DNA of 64,000 nt, from assembly GCA_963924565.1 (NCBI GenBank), contig OZ004609.1, positions 11,098,001-11,162,000 on the forward strand, written 5' to 3'. Positions 20,352 to 33,300 of the stretch are shown in pieces. A program made the translations under genes and the position numbers. Numbering within the stretch: position 1 is the stretch's first letter; each line of letters starts with the position of its first letter. The DNA comes from Ascidiella aspersa. Its lineage: Eukaryota. A model generated the notes under the pieces. It had not been told where the DNA came from and searched no databases. It worked only from the letters and a program-made list of their open reading frames with translations.

Positions 20352-21399
20352 TTTAAAGAAAGCTTTTTTTTTATTAATTTTCACGTACATAAGTGAAAGA
20401 GCGCCGCTTCTCCTTACTGCACCCTCTCCTATTATGCCTCGTTTTGACACACTTGTAAAAAATCAAAATCAGTGTCAAACTTCACATTAAACAAATTTGC
20501 ATATTTTTTGTGCTGTTGTGACTTGTTGTTGCTTTCTTAAGTAATGTTTCTATTTAGAATTAGACAGTTGTTTTCCATGCGGCTCCTTGCACACCGTAGG
20601 TTCGAAATTTGGCTCTGGCCGTAAAAAAGGTTGAGAACCACTGGTCTAAAGTCTAAACTAAAAAAAAAATCCTGTTATGCGATTAGTCACAATCTGCGAC
20701 CAGAGGTTAGTACAAATTCAGTTAGTAGCTTAATACTATTTTCATTAAGCAGAAGGTTCTTAATTGTGGTCATCTACTCTATTTCTCGTGCTTCTTTACA
20801 GTTTTTCTTTACTTTTTCGATAACAAATCCTTAAATCGCCTCACTTGTTCGCTGGGCGTCGGTCGCGCATGAGTGATCACCTGAAGCTAAAAATATATTT
20901 AATTGTACTTTGTGGAAATACAGTTGTTTTCCCTTATTTCGCTCCATAATCCTTTGTCTTAGAGTATTCGAAAGCGAGTTTACTTTCACAAACCAGAACA
21001 CTTAGCTTTAATCCGGACAAAAATAAATGTCAGAGATCTTTTTACGCCAACGTAAAATACCCACACCCAAGGGCGGATTCAGGGGGAACAATTAATGTAA
21101 ATCATCCGGCTAGCCACTTTTGTCTATAAACTGGGCACAGGCTATTTCTCATATTTTTGTGGCTATTTGTACTGCGCAAATATAGCCTACCAGTACCACT
21201 TTTTCTCGCTTGGTGCAAATCTTGTTCCCGCATCTATTCTATACGCAGTAAGCCTAGTAGGCCCTATGCTTTGCGTTTGGAGGATATCTTTAAGTTAAAC
21301 CTCGATTGGAACCACCAAAATTAAAAGTTTCGCAAACTTTTTGGATCTGAATGCATTTTTTTGCACTTCACACGAATCCACTGTGTTAGGCCTATAGAC

Positions 21400-21702
21400 C
21401 AGTGGTTCTCAACCGCGAGAGGCACAATTTTTAGAATGCCGCCTAAACAAAAATACTGAAGCCACCCCTGCGCTGCACATAGGCCTAACATACAGCGATG
21501 CCAAAACAACTTTCGAAGAAAGCTTGCCTTCTTTAGGAAGAAAATAGGACGTTTCATAATAAATGGGAAGAGAAACATTTTGCCTTCTTCGATGTGGTTT
21601 GTTGCAATAATTAAAATTTATTTTTAATAAACTAATTAATCTTTCTGCGGCTCTTTTCTGTTGAAATCTGGCTGAGATGCTTACAAAAGTTGAGAACAAC
21701 TG
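21400..21702. mobile_element. hAT MITE
   Basis: TIR CAGT(G/T)GTTCTCAAC; flanks CTATAGAC / CTATATAGAC. Confidence 0.75.
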
Positions 21703-21892
21703 CTATATAGACATTGTACCTGTTAAAGGCTTTCTTTTAACCAAGGGGTGGGGCATATAAATTTTCTACGATGTCGTCACCAACGTTATATTCTGACGTG
21801 ATGTTAGGCATAGGATAAACCTTAGGGAGCTTGTTACCGGTGCAACTTTGGTCTAAACGTCTTTAAAATGCGTTCGAAAACAATTGCGTATA

Positions 21893-23037
21893 GGGGAAGG
21901 CGGGGCAAAACGGACCCCTTAAAGGATAAATGCTATATTACGAGTTTCACAAAATGTTTTTTGATGAATAGGGTATCAACTGAAAGGTCTTACTGAAAGT
22001 TACTCCTAAGCTAAAAAAAACAACTGAAATAAGCATACCTTCTGAATAAATTAACTTTTGTTGTCGATTTTTAAACGGGGCAAAACGGACCCCACTTATA
22101 AAATATCATTTATGTGCCTTGTTCTGTGGAAATGCCGGATCAAGGATTTGTGTTCAAGTGACGAGAAGAAATTTTCAGAGATATTGTCACAAGTTACGTC
22201 ACAACGTGACGTAATAATTTAAGTAATGGTATACATGGTGCCTTTATTGCTTGAAAATATTTTACTAAAGTAAGCCAAAACATACAAAAAGCAAACAAAA
22301 TAGCACTATACTAAGTACTGGTAGTCACTCTTTATAAGTCACTCTTTATAAGTGACATGGTTATAAATAGGCCGTACCGTACGTAAACTGCTTTATATTT
22401 ATCTTAATGTATAATTTGTATACCAACTCATAAGTATTAAAACAAATAGCAATAGAGTTTTTTACAACAGATTGGTAAAATTTCTGATGGTTTGGCCTTC
22501 CTACAAAACTGATCTAAACATATAAAATAATGATCTATTATTTAATTTTATTCAATTTCCAAAATGTCTTACTGAAAGGCTAATCAAAAATACAAACAGT
22601 GCAGTTTTAGGCTAGAAATAACAGATTAACTTGTGATGGGCCCGTTTTGCCCCGCTTGGGGGTCCGTTTTGCCCCAACACTATCAATCGCATGAAAACCT
22701 GGTTTCTTTAAAATCGTTCAACTTAAAACGCCAACTGTTTCGGATTATTAAACACATCCTTACCTACAAATTATTTATCAAAAAAAGTAACTCCGTTTTA
22801 CTTGAACTTTACTAATAAACGCATCATTTTACTGCGCTATCCTTATATCAATATCCACCAAACACATTTTCTCCCCTCCCTGGTTTGTGCGAAATCGAAT
22901 CAGTCCGATTTTTGTCGACAAACGTTTTTTCGACGATGTCACCGTTCAGAAAACAAATATTGACGCTGGCGATTTTCGTTAACGAGAAAGGTGAGGGGTC
23001 CGTTTTGCCCCGGGGTTCATTTTGCCCCGCTTTTCCC
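21893..23037. mobile_element. non-autonomous Tc1/mariner-pogo-like element
   Basis: TA flanks; imperfect TIR GGG.AA.GCGGGGCAAAA; repeated GGGGCAAAACGGACCC direct (~21902, ~22077) and inverted (~22640, ~22659, ~22995). Confidence 0.8.
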
Positions 23038-26000
23038 TACATTTAATTTAAATTTACAAATAGTTTAATTTAGAATGATACCGTTAATTAAAATCGTGGG
23101 CACATTATCAATTTTTACACATTATTGGATATAAAAGCATATCTCAAGGTAATTTGGGCAATAGGTTGTGAGGACCATCGATCAATACCATGTCAAAAGT
23201 TTGTGCGAAATGAAAAAAAAAACATACAGTTAGTGCAGCAGAATGTGCAATACAAATTGTTTCTAAAAGTTCTCCAAATTTTATCGTTTATTTAGTTTGG
23301 GTTGGCTGAAATTGTAATTTGAAACGGGATATGTACTTTTAATAAATTTAGCAAAAAATATAGTTTTTCATTAGGGTTAGCCTCGGTTAGCAATGTTAAA
23401 ATTGGGTTTATATAGCTTTGATGGAGATTACTCACGTTATCTGACTTAAGTCAATCTTAACCATAAAATTAGTTTCATTTTAGTCCTTAGGCCAAAGAGA
23501 GGTGAAATTAATTGAAAAAGTTACGTTAACAACTGACTCGGATTAAAGTTCAGAATATATGCAAATGACTTGACTTAATCATAAGTGTTTTAATCGATTT
23601 TATTTTATAAAAAGCAGTTAGTCACCTTAGTATTTGGACGTAAAAAATTAGACTGATAATTGCTTCGTTTTTGCTGTTTGCTATGTGAAATATGGCTTAT
23701 ATATGTTGGAATGAACGCTACACCAGGAAAGTTTAATCATAAATTCACCCGATCCGTCAGAAATTAGTGCAATTCTAAGCAAAAATATCTACGACATTAA
23801 GGACATCAAAAGGTCGAAAATGTGACCTTTAGAGATTGAGGACATCGTTTTTCATTAGAACATTAAATTTACGAATTACATGACCTACCAGAACACATAC
23901 GCTAACCAGCACCCTAACCCAAATAATTACGCGTTGATTTAATAATTATATAAGCGCTTTGATCCGTAATACATCACTGTGTAACGCAAGAATGCTATCA
24001 ACACTTGACGAAGCTATTTTCCCAGCAAATGTCTCACTTTCAAGACTTTGGTCGACCTGGTAACTACATCATTAAGCGAAATATTTCTGTGTTTGCTGTT
24101 TCTAAATTATTCCTAAAAGGTTGGTGTAATAAAACTATACTTAAAATACATCATTTCTTTCAACGTTCTTTCCACATTTTCTGACAAGGAATCCTTGAAG
24201 ACAAAATAAGAACCAGTTATGACTTGAAATTTTATTGCGTCATATGTTACATATGATTGTGACGGGCGACTGTCGATTGTTGACCGTTTTAAAGCAATTG
24301 TGATGGGCTTTGCGAGAGAGATCAATTACTTTAGGTGTTTCGAAATGCAGGGGCCGATGTAAGGCGGGTTATTTACAAAGTGGGGGCGAAAAGCGGTTTG
24401 GGATGAGGGGGCGTTTTTTGTTCCGATTTTTTCGAGCACGACACAAGTAAAACGCTAACGACACATTTGTACATTTTCTACAGCGCAACGCGTAATAAAC
24501 ACGAAAATTTTGAATACGCGATGCGAACCGAACAGAGAAAATAAAAAAGCTTGATTTTATAAACAGATTGTTACACAAAAAGATTGTATGATGTTGGCAA
24601 AATTGTAAAATCGGAGAATTTTTCAAAACTTTATTTAAATCAGAAATGTTACAGAGTACAGAGGAAACAGTCACGGTCTTAATTATATTTCTCTCTGGGG
24701 TCAAACGGATTCGGTCGATTCCAAAGGCCATTTCACTTCTTAAAAATCAAACAAAAAGGCGGAGTTCGAAATGCGAAAAGACGATCACGAAGAGAAAAAA
24801 ACAATGAGAGACGTTGACATGCATTGGCATTTTGGCTTTTCAACAGTAAATATATAGATAAATGGGTAGCAGCGTTTCGACTGAGGGGAGGCGCACAACA
24901 TAATATTATAATAATAATAATCGTTCTGTAAAAACCTTGCTAACAGTTCGTAAATATATTATTGTCATTTACATAAAGGGGGCGTAAATGGGGGCGGGCA
25001 CAGCAGGCAGAAGAAGCAGCAGCAGCATTTCGACGAGGCGATAGTAGAAGCGCATGTAGAACAAGTTATAAAAACACGACATCCTAGCAACGGCGGCGAC
25101 TCTGGCAAAAGCAATCCTCCGCGGATTTGAAAACGACTCCCTCTGTGGGATTCTTCCGCACTAGGCAAACAAAAGGACCGAGGCGAACGCATCCGCATCG
25201 AAAAGCACAAACACGCACACACTCACGCGTACGTACGTACGAACTTATATACACATACACAAAACGCCCGCGTGCGTATAGCTGCGTGTTCGACAAGGCA
25301 AATACGTGTCCAAGGCGGCGGCCGCAGCATTTTACTGAGGCACTCTCCAAGGAACCTTTAAAACGTAAAATCTCGCTATGCTTTTGTTGTGTCGGCGAAA
25401 TCTCGTCGAACCGCGAAAGTTCTGATATTTTGAACCTGCCCCCATAAATCGAAGGTGAGATAAGCGAATGGGTAAAATCGACGCACTAAGAGAAAATTAG
25501 GTTTAAAAACAGTCGACACGTGTGTTAAGACGACGGCAGCGGCAGCTTAATTTGGTGTTTATAAGGTTAATGCACCTATATATATATATTCTGTTGAGTT
25601 GAGGAAGTTAAGGCGGCGCTCAGTTTACGAGTCAAATAATTTCAAAAGAAACAATAAACACGACTTGGGTGAAAGAAGACCGAACAATTGTACGCATCAG
25701 CGAACACGCGATCGACGCGTGTCATCGATACTATATTTTATTCTTCTACTGACATAAAAAATATTGTTCTCGTTAGTTTTGGGGTTAGTCGTTAGAAAGC
25801 GAAAAAAATGCGACGTAACTTAAAGGTGATGTTAGGGGTTAGAATTGCACGTGAGTTATGCCAATTCATTAGCAGCCAGTATTAGTCCGTGCGAAAACTG
25901 GCACGTAACAACACAAAAAACAACGACAATAATAATCATAATAAAACGATAGGTCAGTCGCTTGAAAGATAAAAACTTTCCAAAAATATATTTGTCGGTT

Positions 26001-27103
26001 CCTAGCACAAGGACGTGATTCTGGCACCTTCCGAAACGCGGCTCAAAATAAAGTCGGCTGAACCTCGTTTGAAAACACGAACGTTACAAGCGGAAAAGTT
26101 TGTAGTGAATTGGTGTAATGGCAGCGGGTGTTTATGGCAGTCATACTGGTCAAAAGTTTTGGCAGCACTTGAAAAAAACAAACAGAAGGCAGCGTTTTGA
26201 GCGGAACAGGACAAAATACGTGTGCGTCTGTGTAGCTGTGAAGTATGTATCGAAAAAACGTCAAAGGCACGAAACACACAAAGGCCGATCAGTGTGAAAG
26301 AAATATAAGGCGGTTGTTGGCAGTGGCTTTCCGGCAGTTTGTTTTTTTGTTATTCTGGCAGTGTTTGTGTGGGTTAAGAGGGGCACGACGAGCGGCGAGC
26401 GGACGAAAAAGAACAACACGCACGAGACACCAGCAGCAAAGACAGAAGGATCATCCCGCGACACTTTCAACGTAAAAACTTAAAAGTTGGTCGAACACGG
26501 TTTGGCACTCGAGCCCGTTTGCAAAGAAGCAAACGAACGAACAACAACAGTAGACAGAGTAGAGTTATATTTTTTTTCTGTAGAAAGGCGAAGTAGAAAG
26601 CGGGCTACGAATTTAAAAAGGCTAAAAAAGGGTGTTCGAAGAAAATAAAACTAAAACATCCGGGTGTTTCCTTGGAAATGCGACGCGCGTGTAAAAATAG
26701 GTTGTTGCTCGAGCACCCGCGGCAAACTCAGAAGGGTGATTTACTAAAAACAACCCACAAGAAAAATGTTTGGCTTGGAGCTTCGCCATTTTCTCATCCG
26801 TTTAGCCGCAAGGTAGCGCGAGAGATCAGTTGCCGAGCGACACTGGCGGATCGCGGGCGACACCTCGCGGATAATGGAAAGATGAGCTCAGATGTTCGTC
26901 TCTATTGCGTCTTTTCGTTGGTTTTTCATTAAACACGGCAGAAGATGTATAATCCGACAATTGAAGAGAGGGTTAAAGGCAATAAAAACAGTGCAGGGAG
27001 CAGTAGTGGTGGCGGACCGGGAATCAGAGCGGAATTTTTTTTCGGCGTGCATCGGCTTTATCAGCGCGTGCGGAAAAGCGGCGAGACATCGGTTGGGGGT
27101 GAA

Positions 27104-27331
27104 TCAGTAGACCATATCGACGTCGGTGGGGGTGTTGTCGACCTCTCTTCCGTCGCTACCGGCGGCGGACAGCAGCTCGGCGTCGTGTGCTGTCAGTTCC
27201 CCACCCACCACCCCACAATCCTGGGCCCCGTCGGCATGCTCAGTGCGCTTGCTGTTTGGGTGGTGGGAGCCGTTAAGCAGACTTGACCGTATTGCGCCCT
27301 CGACCTGTTCCAAGCACTGGCGAAGGATGTC
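27104..27331 (-). CDS. CCND: cyclin D exon 6 (last coding exon)
   Basis: [11 protein letters not shown]...[10 protein letters not shown]. Confidence 0.93.
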   Translation of the reverse strand, partial: DILRQCLEQVEGAIRSSLLNGSHHPNSKRTEHADGAQDCGVVGGELTAHDAELLSAAGSDGREVDNTPTDVDMVY

Positions 27332-30300
27332 CTGAAACGGAACACAAAACCTGGTTAGTCGGGTTATATACGTCGAAAAGATTTAGTTATTTTATGCTTG
27401 AGTTTTAAAAGTACAGCAGATAACTATCAACATAAGAGTCCAGTTAGATTCAAGTAGGTACACCTGAATAGCCTCAGGTCGTGATAATTAAGAATATGGT
27501 AAACAATTACCAAAGGTTCGGCTGAAGATCTGAACATTATCAATATCGCAAACATTAACCTTAATGCCACAATATTCTTAAATGTCGCCTTTATTGTTTT
27601 TTAACTCAGTATTTAAACTGTGCTTCAAATTTATGATTAAAAAGGTTTAGTTTTACAATTTGGGAAGAATTGAAATTGGCTATTAGTTTGTTATATTCTA
27701 CCATAAAGGCAAAATTGTAAAAAAAATGATATAAAGTTAGTATCGCTGTTATGGCCCTATTCTACACGAAACAGTTCGACTTCTGGCCAATTCGAAGACG
27801 TGTTTTGTGGGCGTTTGTTTTTCTTTGGGTTTTTTACCGACTTTTTTCCGAAAGCCGCGCGCGGCGTTTCCCAGAACTGACGAAGGACTAAACGCGCACC
27901 TACAGTGTGTACGGATCTCGTTGGGCGTTTTAGTAAAGTAGAGTGTTATCCATCTACAACAAGTGTAGGGGCCACACGTCTCCACGCTAAACCTTTATTT
28001 TTTTTAAAAGGTTTGAAGTCGTGCAACGCTTAAAAAGTCGGCGACTTTGTGTTGCGAAAAGCTAGGTATTTCAGCTCGGTTTGTTTTGGGAGAAAAATAC
28101 CGACGGCCGTCGACAAAGAAAAGTGAACTCGGGCAAACCAGAAGAGGGGGCACAGCACACAAACGCATACGATCGGCCCCCGCTAAAGCCACAAAATGTC
28201 AGCTTTGTGTGGATTCCGAGCGTGAAATGGGGTTTACACAAGGCCAGGAATAAATCGAAAGCGTTGAAAGCTGTCGACGCTAAGATATGCGGCGGCACCG
28301 CCCTCGACAAAAATATTCGTTTAGTAAAAAAAGCTAAATTTGCAGATCGACAAGCAACAACTTGGTGCGCGGGCGGTCCTATAGATTCCAAATAGCAAGC
28401 ATACATAAGGCCATTTCTGCGAATAGCGGCAAAGAAAGAGTCGTCGTATTTTTGTCAATAGTTATGTAAAAAAAAAACTGGACATACTAACGGTAGAATT
28501 AATAAGCTAAGTTTTTAGAATAATTGGTGTATAGGCGAAGTTAGATTGTCTCAATCTGTAAGGGTATTCCTGCCAAATTCGAATTGCGACCAAACAAATA
28601 AAACAATCGAGTTGAAACGCCCTCAACATAAATTGGCGTGGAAAAAATAGCAATGGTCGCAGAAAGGCTAAACACGTTTGTTGATGACTTTCGGTTTGCG
28701 GAAACCTAGAATGTATTTCCGCAAACGCGGAAAAAAACGGCAGTCGTTAATTACTACCCAGAAAATAAAACAATATTCCCGAGCAAATAGAAAAGCGTAC
28801 AACGATTACGAGAAAATGCCCTTTTTCGTTTTCTCACACAAAGGCCGATGGCTTCAAAACAATGTGGCGTTGCATTGAAACCAGCTACACACTCAGGCAG
28901 CTGGTGGGTGGCGCGCGTAAAGCCATTGCGCTCCAAAACGACACGTCAGCTGACGGATGGCGCGAAAAATGCATCCTTCCTTGCGGCTGACAGGATCGAC
29001 TTGCATTAAACCGCGCATTGTTTGCAAACAAGTGCCGTGCCTGTCCGCGTTTTGGCGCGAACGGCTGCAAATTGTCGATGCGCGAGGGTGCCGCTGTTTC
29101 ACTGTGACAGTGCTTTTTAACCTTTAAAACTGGGGGTTCTTAAACTTTTTAAACCACGAAACCCTTAACATTTTTAGCTAGGCGAGAAGTTAAAAAAATG
29201 ACGTCATAAATTGACGCCACAATTCAAATAGACTTTAGAAATCTGCTGATTTCGGTCCAAAAAAAGTGAAATAGAGTCTAAGAACAGTCAGTGCAAAACC
29301 ATTTTCCTTTTTATTAAACTTTTTTTATTTAAAAAATGAATTATTTCTTAAATAAACACTAATATTTCATTTCGGCCTTCACGGACCCCCAAGGGGTTCA
29401 TGGACCCGTTTAAGAATCCCTGCTTTAAAAGAAGCATTCGCGCGAAATTTTTTATTTTTTTTTTTTTTTTTTTTTACGCACGAAACAAGCACAGTATGCA
29501 ACCTTTAGGTTTTCCCTATTTGTAAAAAAAATTAAGGGTTGTTGTATTAAAACCGTGAGCCTACAATTTTTTTCATCCGAACAAGTGCGTACCATCCAAC
29601 GGGTTGAAATGTTCTGCACTGTGAAAGGTTACACTCGCAGGGCTGTAGCGTTTTGCTTTGTCAATATTAGGGCGCGTTTAATGCAACGGAGAAATAAAAG
29701 CAATGTCACTGTCTCTCACTTTGAGAAGTCGCTGATTTTAGTTAGGTCAGCAAATTGAAACGGAAACCAAATGACGACTGAAATTCACTACTTTTCGTTC
29801 ACTTTCTTAACCCATTTAAAACTTCCGTATTGTCGTTGAAGGGTGATCCAAAATAAATACCAGGGTTTCTTAACTTAGTGAGAGTTGACACATTAATAGG
29901 CTAGTATATTCGATTGACAACTGGGTTTATTAACATATTTAAAGTTTTACGTTGCTGTAAACCGCTCATCTCTGTATTTGGGCAAGAAGCTTTTACGATT
30001 GGGCTTCGTTTACCTACTTGGAAGCACAAAACGCTAATTATTCGTCGAACAAACAGCGCAGAGCAAACGTCGACACTTTATCGACGAAAAAAAAGTGCTT
30101 CATCGTTTAGGCGGCGAGCAAATTCTGAAAGCGCTAACACAAAAGACCGTATACAACGTCCGGAATTTTAAGACCGGGCCCGCTTTGTTTAGCAGCTTTC
30201 AAGGCATTGTTTAGGGCCCGCGAGAGCGAATTCCCTCGGCGCTTTCTTCCCTGCAAGGCCCGGCCCCGTTCTAAACCGCGCTCCCCGGGCAGCAGCGAAG

Positions 30301-33300
30301 AGACAAAAACGGCGCGGCAAAAGTAAGAGCGCGCGGAAACGCTTTTCGCCCGACATTCTCACCGTCAAGTTTAGCCGCAGCCTCGCAGGCATGTGGGCGA
30401 GCGAAGGTGGAAGTTGACACAATGCCTCCCGCGCTTACCTCGCCGAGAGAGGCGATCGTCGAAGGCAAACAGCGATTTTATACGTGTTCGATGACAGGAA
30501 AAATGCTGCGTGTCAACACATGAAAGACAAGCGAGCGTGATCGCGACGGAAGGGGAGGAGGAGATCTCACGAAATCATACAAACGGGGCGATTTGGTGAA
30601 GCGCAGTACATCTATTCTCTACATATCCACGGTTTGTCACCGACCCCCAAAATGTAAAAATCGTCGTTTTTAAGCGATAAATGCTGTCCTACTTGTAAAA
30701 TAGAATTCACATAAAAGCTGCAGTTTTTACAACATATTTAAGAATTCCGTTTTCGTCAACGTGCAGACAAATTCTATTTCAAAAAGTCAAATAAGTTTTA
30801 ACAAGCAAACTACGGAAGCAATTTCACACATTTATGCCAATCAACTGCAAAGGTGTATTTATGCAGTGGCAGCAGTAGCCCTAGCAGCAACCACAGTAGC
30901 CAGCAAACGAGCGAGCGAGAGCGCATGGCAACTTGGGTCGACACAGCACTTTGGCGATATAAAGCACAGCACTCGATACGAGTGCTTCCTCTCGGGCGTG
31001 TGTGTTCAAAGGGGTCGCGTTTGTTCGCCGGCCGCCACTCGACGTGCCTGGGCCGCTCTTCACGCCGAGCGCTCGGCATGCCTGTGGCTTGGAGAGGCGG
31101 ACGGGCGGCTTGCACATGCGCGGCACGAACGGCGATTAGTGTCGCGACGCGGCGAGCGGGACGTGTTCTGTGGCTGCTGCTGCTGGCCTCAGCTGGGGCA
31201 AGTTTGAAGCTGTCAGGAGCGTCGGCTGAGCACCTCGCCATCGTGATTGATATTCGCCCTCGTCGCGCCGTTTGATGTTGAGGACCGCGTATGCGCGCGC
31301 CAACATTCCGCAATTAGTCGTCCTGGGGCAAGACTTTTACTCCCCACCTCGTGTGACACTGAAATCGCCGCGAGAAATGTCCGAGCGCCACTCGACCGGC
31401 CGCCGACAGATGACGACTTAATCCGAACTGTTTCGAGCGCTTCACGCGCAGTTGACCGATCGGCGTTGCTGGTGGCAGTGGCCGGTCTTAAGTTCGTGCG
31501 CTAAACGCTGACGGTTTAACACGCCGTAACGGACCTCCGCTGTTGCGCTGCTAAGAATACAAGGGCGGCATAAGACAATAAATAAGACGGGAGCGAGCGA
31601 GCGGGTTCCCACGGCCCTCGGGGCGGCTCGAGACATCAAAAGTAGAGTTCATCGCGATTTTTATGCCGTCCATCGCGCGAGACATTGGCCTTTTCTCCGT
31701 GGCGGAGACGGAGACGGCCTATTAGAGGCGACACGCCGAGCCGCTCTGCAAGGGAGACGACCTTGACGCGGGCCCGGGCGCTTTGAAGATGCGACTAGGC
31801 CGGATCCCAGCTGCCATAAATTGAGATCGAATTCGCGCGCGTTTAAAGACGAGGCAGCAGCGACAACTACGGCGCATTTTCGGGTACGCTACGCTGCGGG
31901 CCAGGCCACGGCGCCGACAGGCCTTGCGCCGTTTTGCTTTTCGGGACGCGGCGATTTCGCGGCCGGTCGGACAGCTGCCACCGACGTTGTACCGCTTTTT
32001 TCTCTCTCTCTGGAGCGAAGACGACGAGATTAACGCGATATAATACGGTCGTAAAAAAATACCGCGCGCTGCGAAAACAATGGACGGACAACCGGAGGCT
32101 CCGGCTGCCGGTATATGCCAACTGTACAGACGACAGTGCTTTGACATCTCCGGCGTTTGAACTGTCAATTTCAGCCTTCCACCGACGGCACACAGGATAC
32201 GCCGCAGCAAGCGACTTTACCGCGAAAGGATCTCGCACAACGCATAATCCAACCTGTACTTAATCGGACGCATTAGATTTCCACGAGTAGGTGCCGTGCC
32301 GGATCGTTACATCATCGCAAAACAGACAACCGCAACAAGCAAAAAGTAAGCGGAACAGAAAAGCAACGCCGCTGCCGCCGCCGAGGAATGTTCGGCGGAA
32401 TAACTTTCCCACGCCGGCAACAGCAACAAGCGTCGGGGTCGGCCGGCATTCCACGGGCCTTTTCACTCCCAACAGGTTGTGGAAATGAGTAGCTAGGCAA
32501 CTGCCTGTGCTGCCTCGTCGAGATTGGCACGAGCTAATGGCCCGCGCCCTTCAGCAGACCAGAATGGCCTACATACATGGCCGCTTTAATGCAGTCGGCC
32601 TTCTTTTTTGTCTCGATTTTCTAACGTGCAGTTTACGGTTTTTTTTTTCGTAATTTTCCGTAAATTGTTTTTATTTCTGTTGGCGGTTAGTTTACATCAC
32701 ATATAATTAAATAAAGGTTTACTTTGAGGAAAACATTATTGAAAGTAAAGCGCACGTCTGCCTCAAAGTAATCGGTTATCTTTGTTTGTCCAGTTGTTAT
32801 TCTGATTTTGTAACCGGCTTGGAAGAGCTCATTCAGTGATTCTCAACCTTCAATAGCTTACGAAATAAATAGATCTTCGGTCCCCCGACTGGAAATTTCG
32901 TTTGGAGTGTTTTACTGAAATATCACCATAAATGAAACAGGAATAAATTTAAAACATGTAGGAAAATGTCATCTCATATAATTGTCTCTAATCGTACACA
33001 AATAGTTGTATCAAGAAGCTTACCAATTAAGCAAAAATCAGATTCTTAAAAATTCTCAAATACCTATTGGCACCCTTGAGCATCAGCAATGGCACGCCAG
33101 GGCGCTGTGGCATCCCAGTTTAGAACCACTGGGCTAATGCAACAAGTAAACCGTGCGATTAACGGACAATCGCAAAAGTTCACTTGCCACGTCTCAGCGC
33201 ATAGCAGCGGCAAAAACAACCTACAGTCCGCCCCCGCTTTTTCCGCGTGTGGGCCCCGGCTCACCCTTCGTGACTTTCTAACCGTAAAGCGTTAACCCGT

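Larger units (their letters stand above)
15681..20490 (+). pseudogene. GTF2IRD2/Buster-like hAT transposase pseudogene (15681-17336 plus C-terminus ~20395-20490)
   Basis: CLLC...RHYKSH zinc finger, SVALDTS.D..DIEQL, ATDGCPSM.G, HCILH, VRWLSR, FGSTYV(C), ...QCQTSH*; multiple stops and frameshifts. Confidence 0.88.
15413..20643 (+). mobile_element. hAT (Buster/SPIN/GTF2IRD2-like) DNA transposon, decayed and interrupted by an LTR element
   Basis: TIR CAGTG(A/G)TTCTCAACC at both ends; flanks CTTTAAAG/GTCTAAAG (nnnTAnnn, 6/8 match). Confidence 0.88.
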
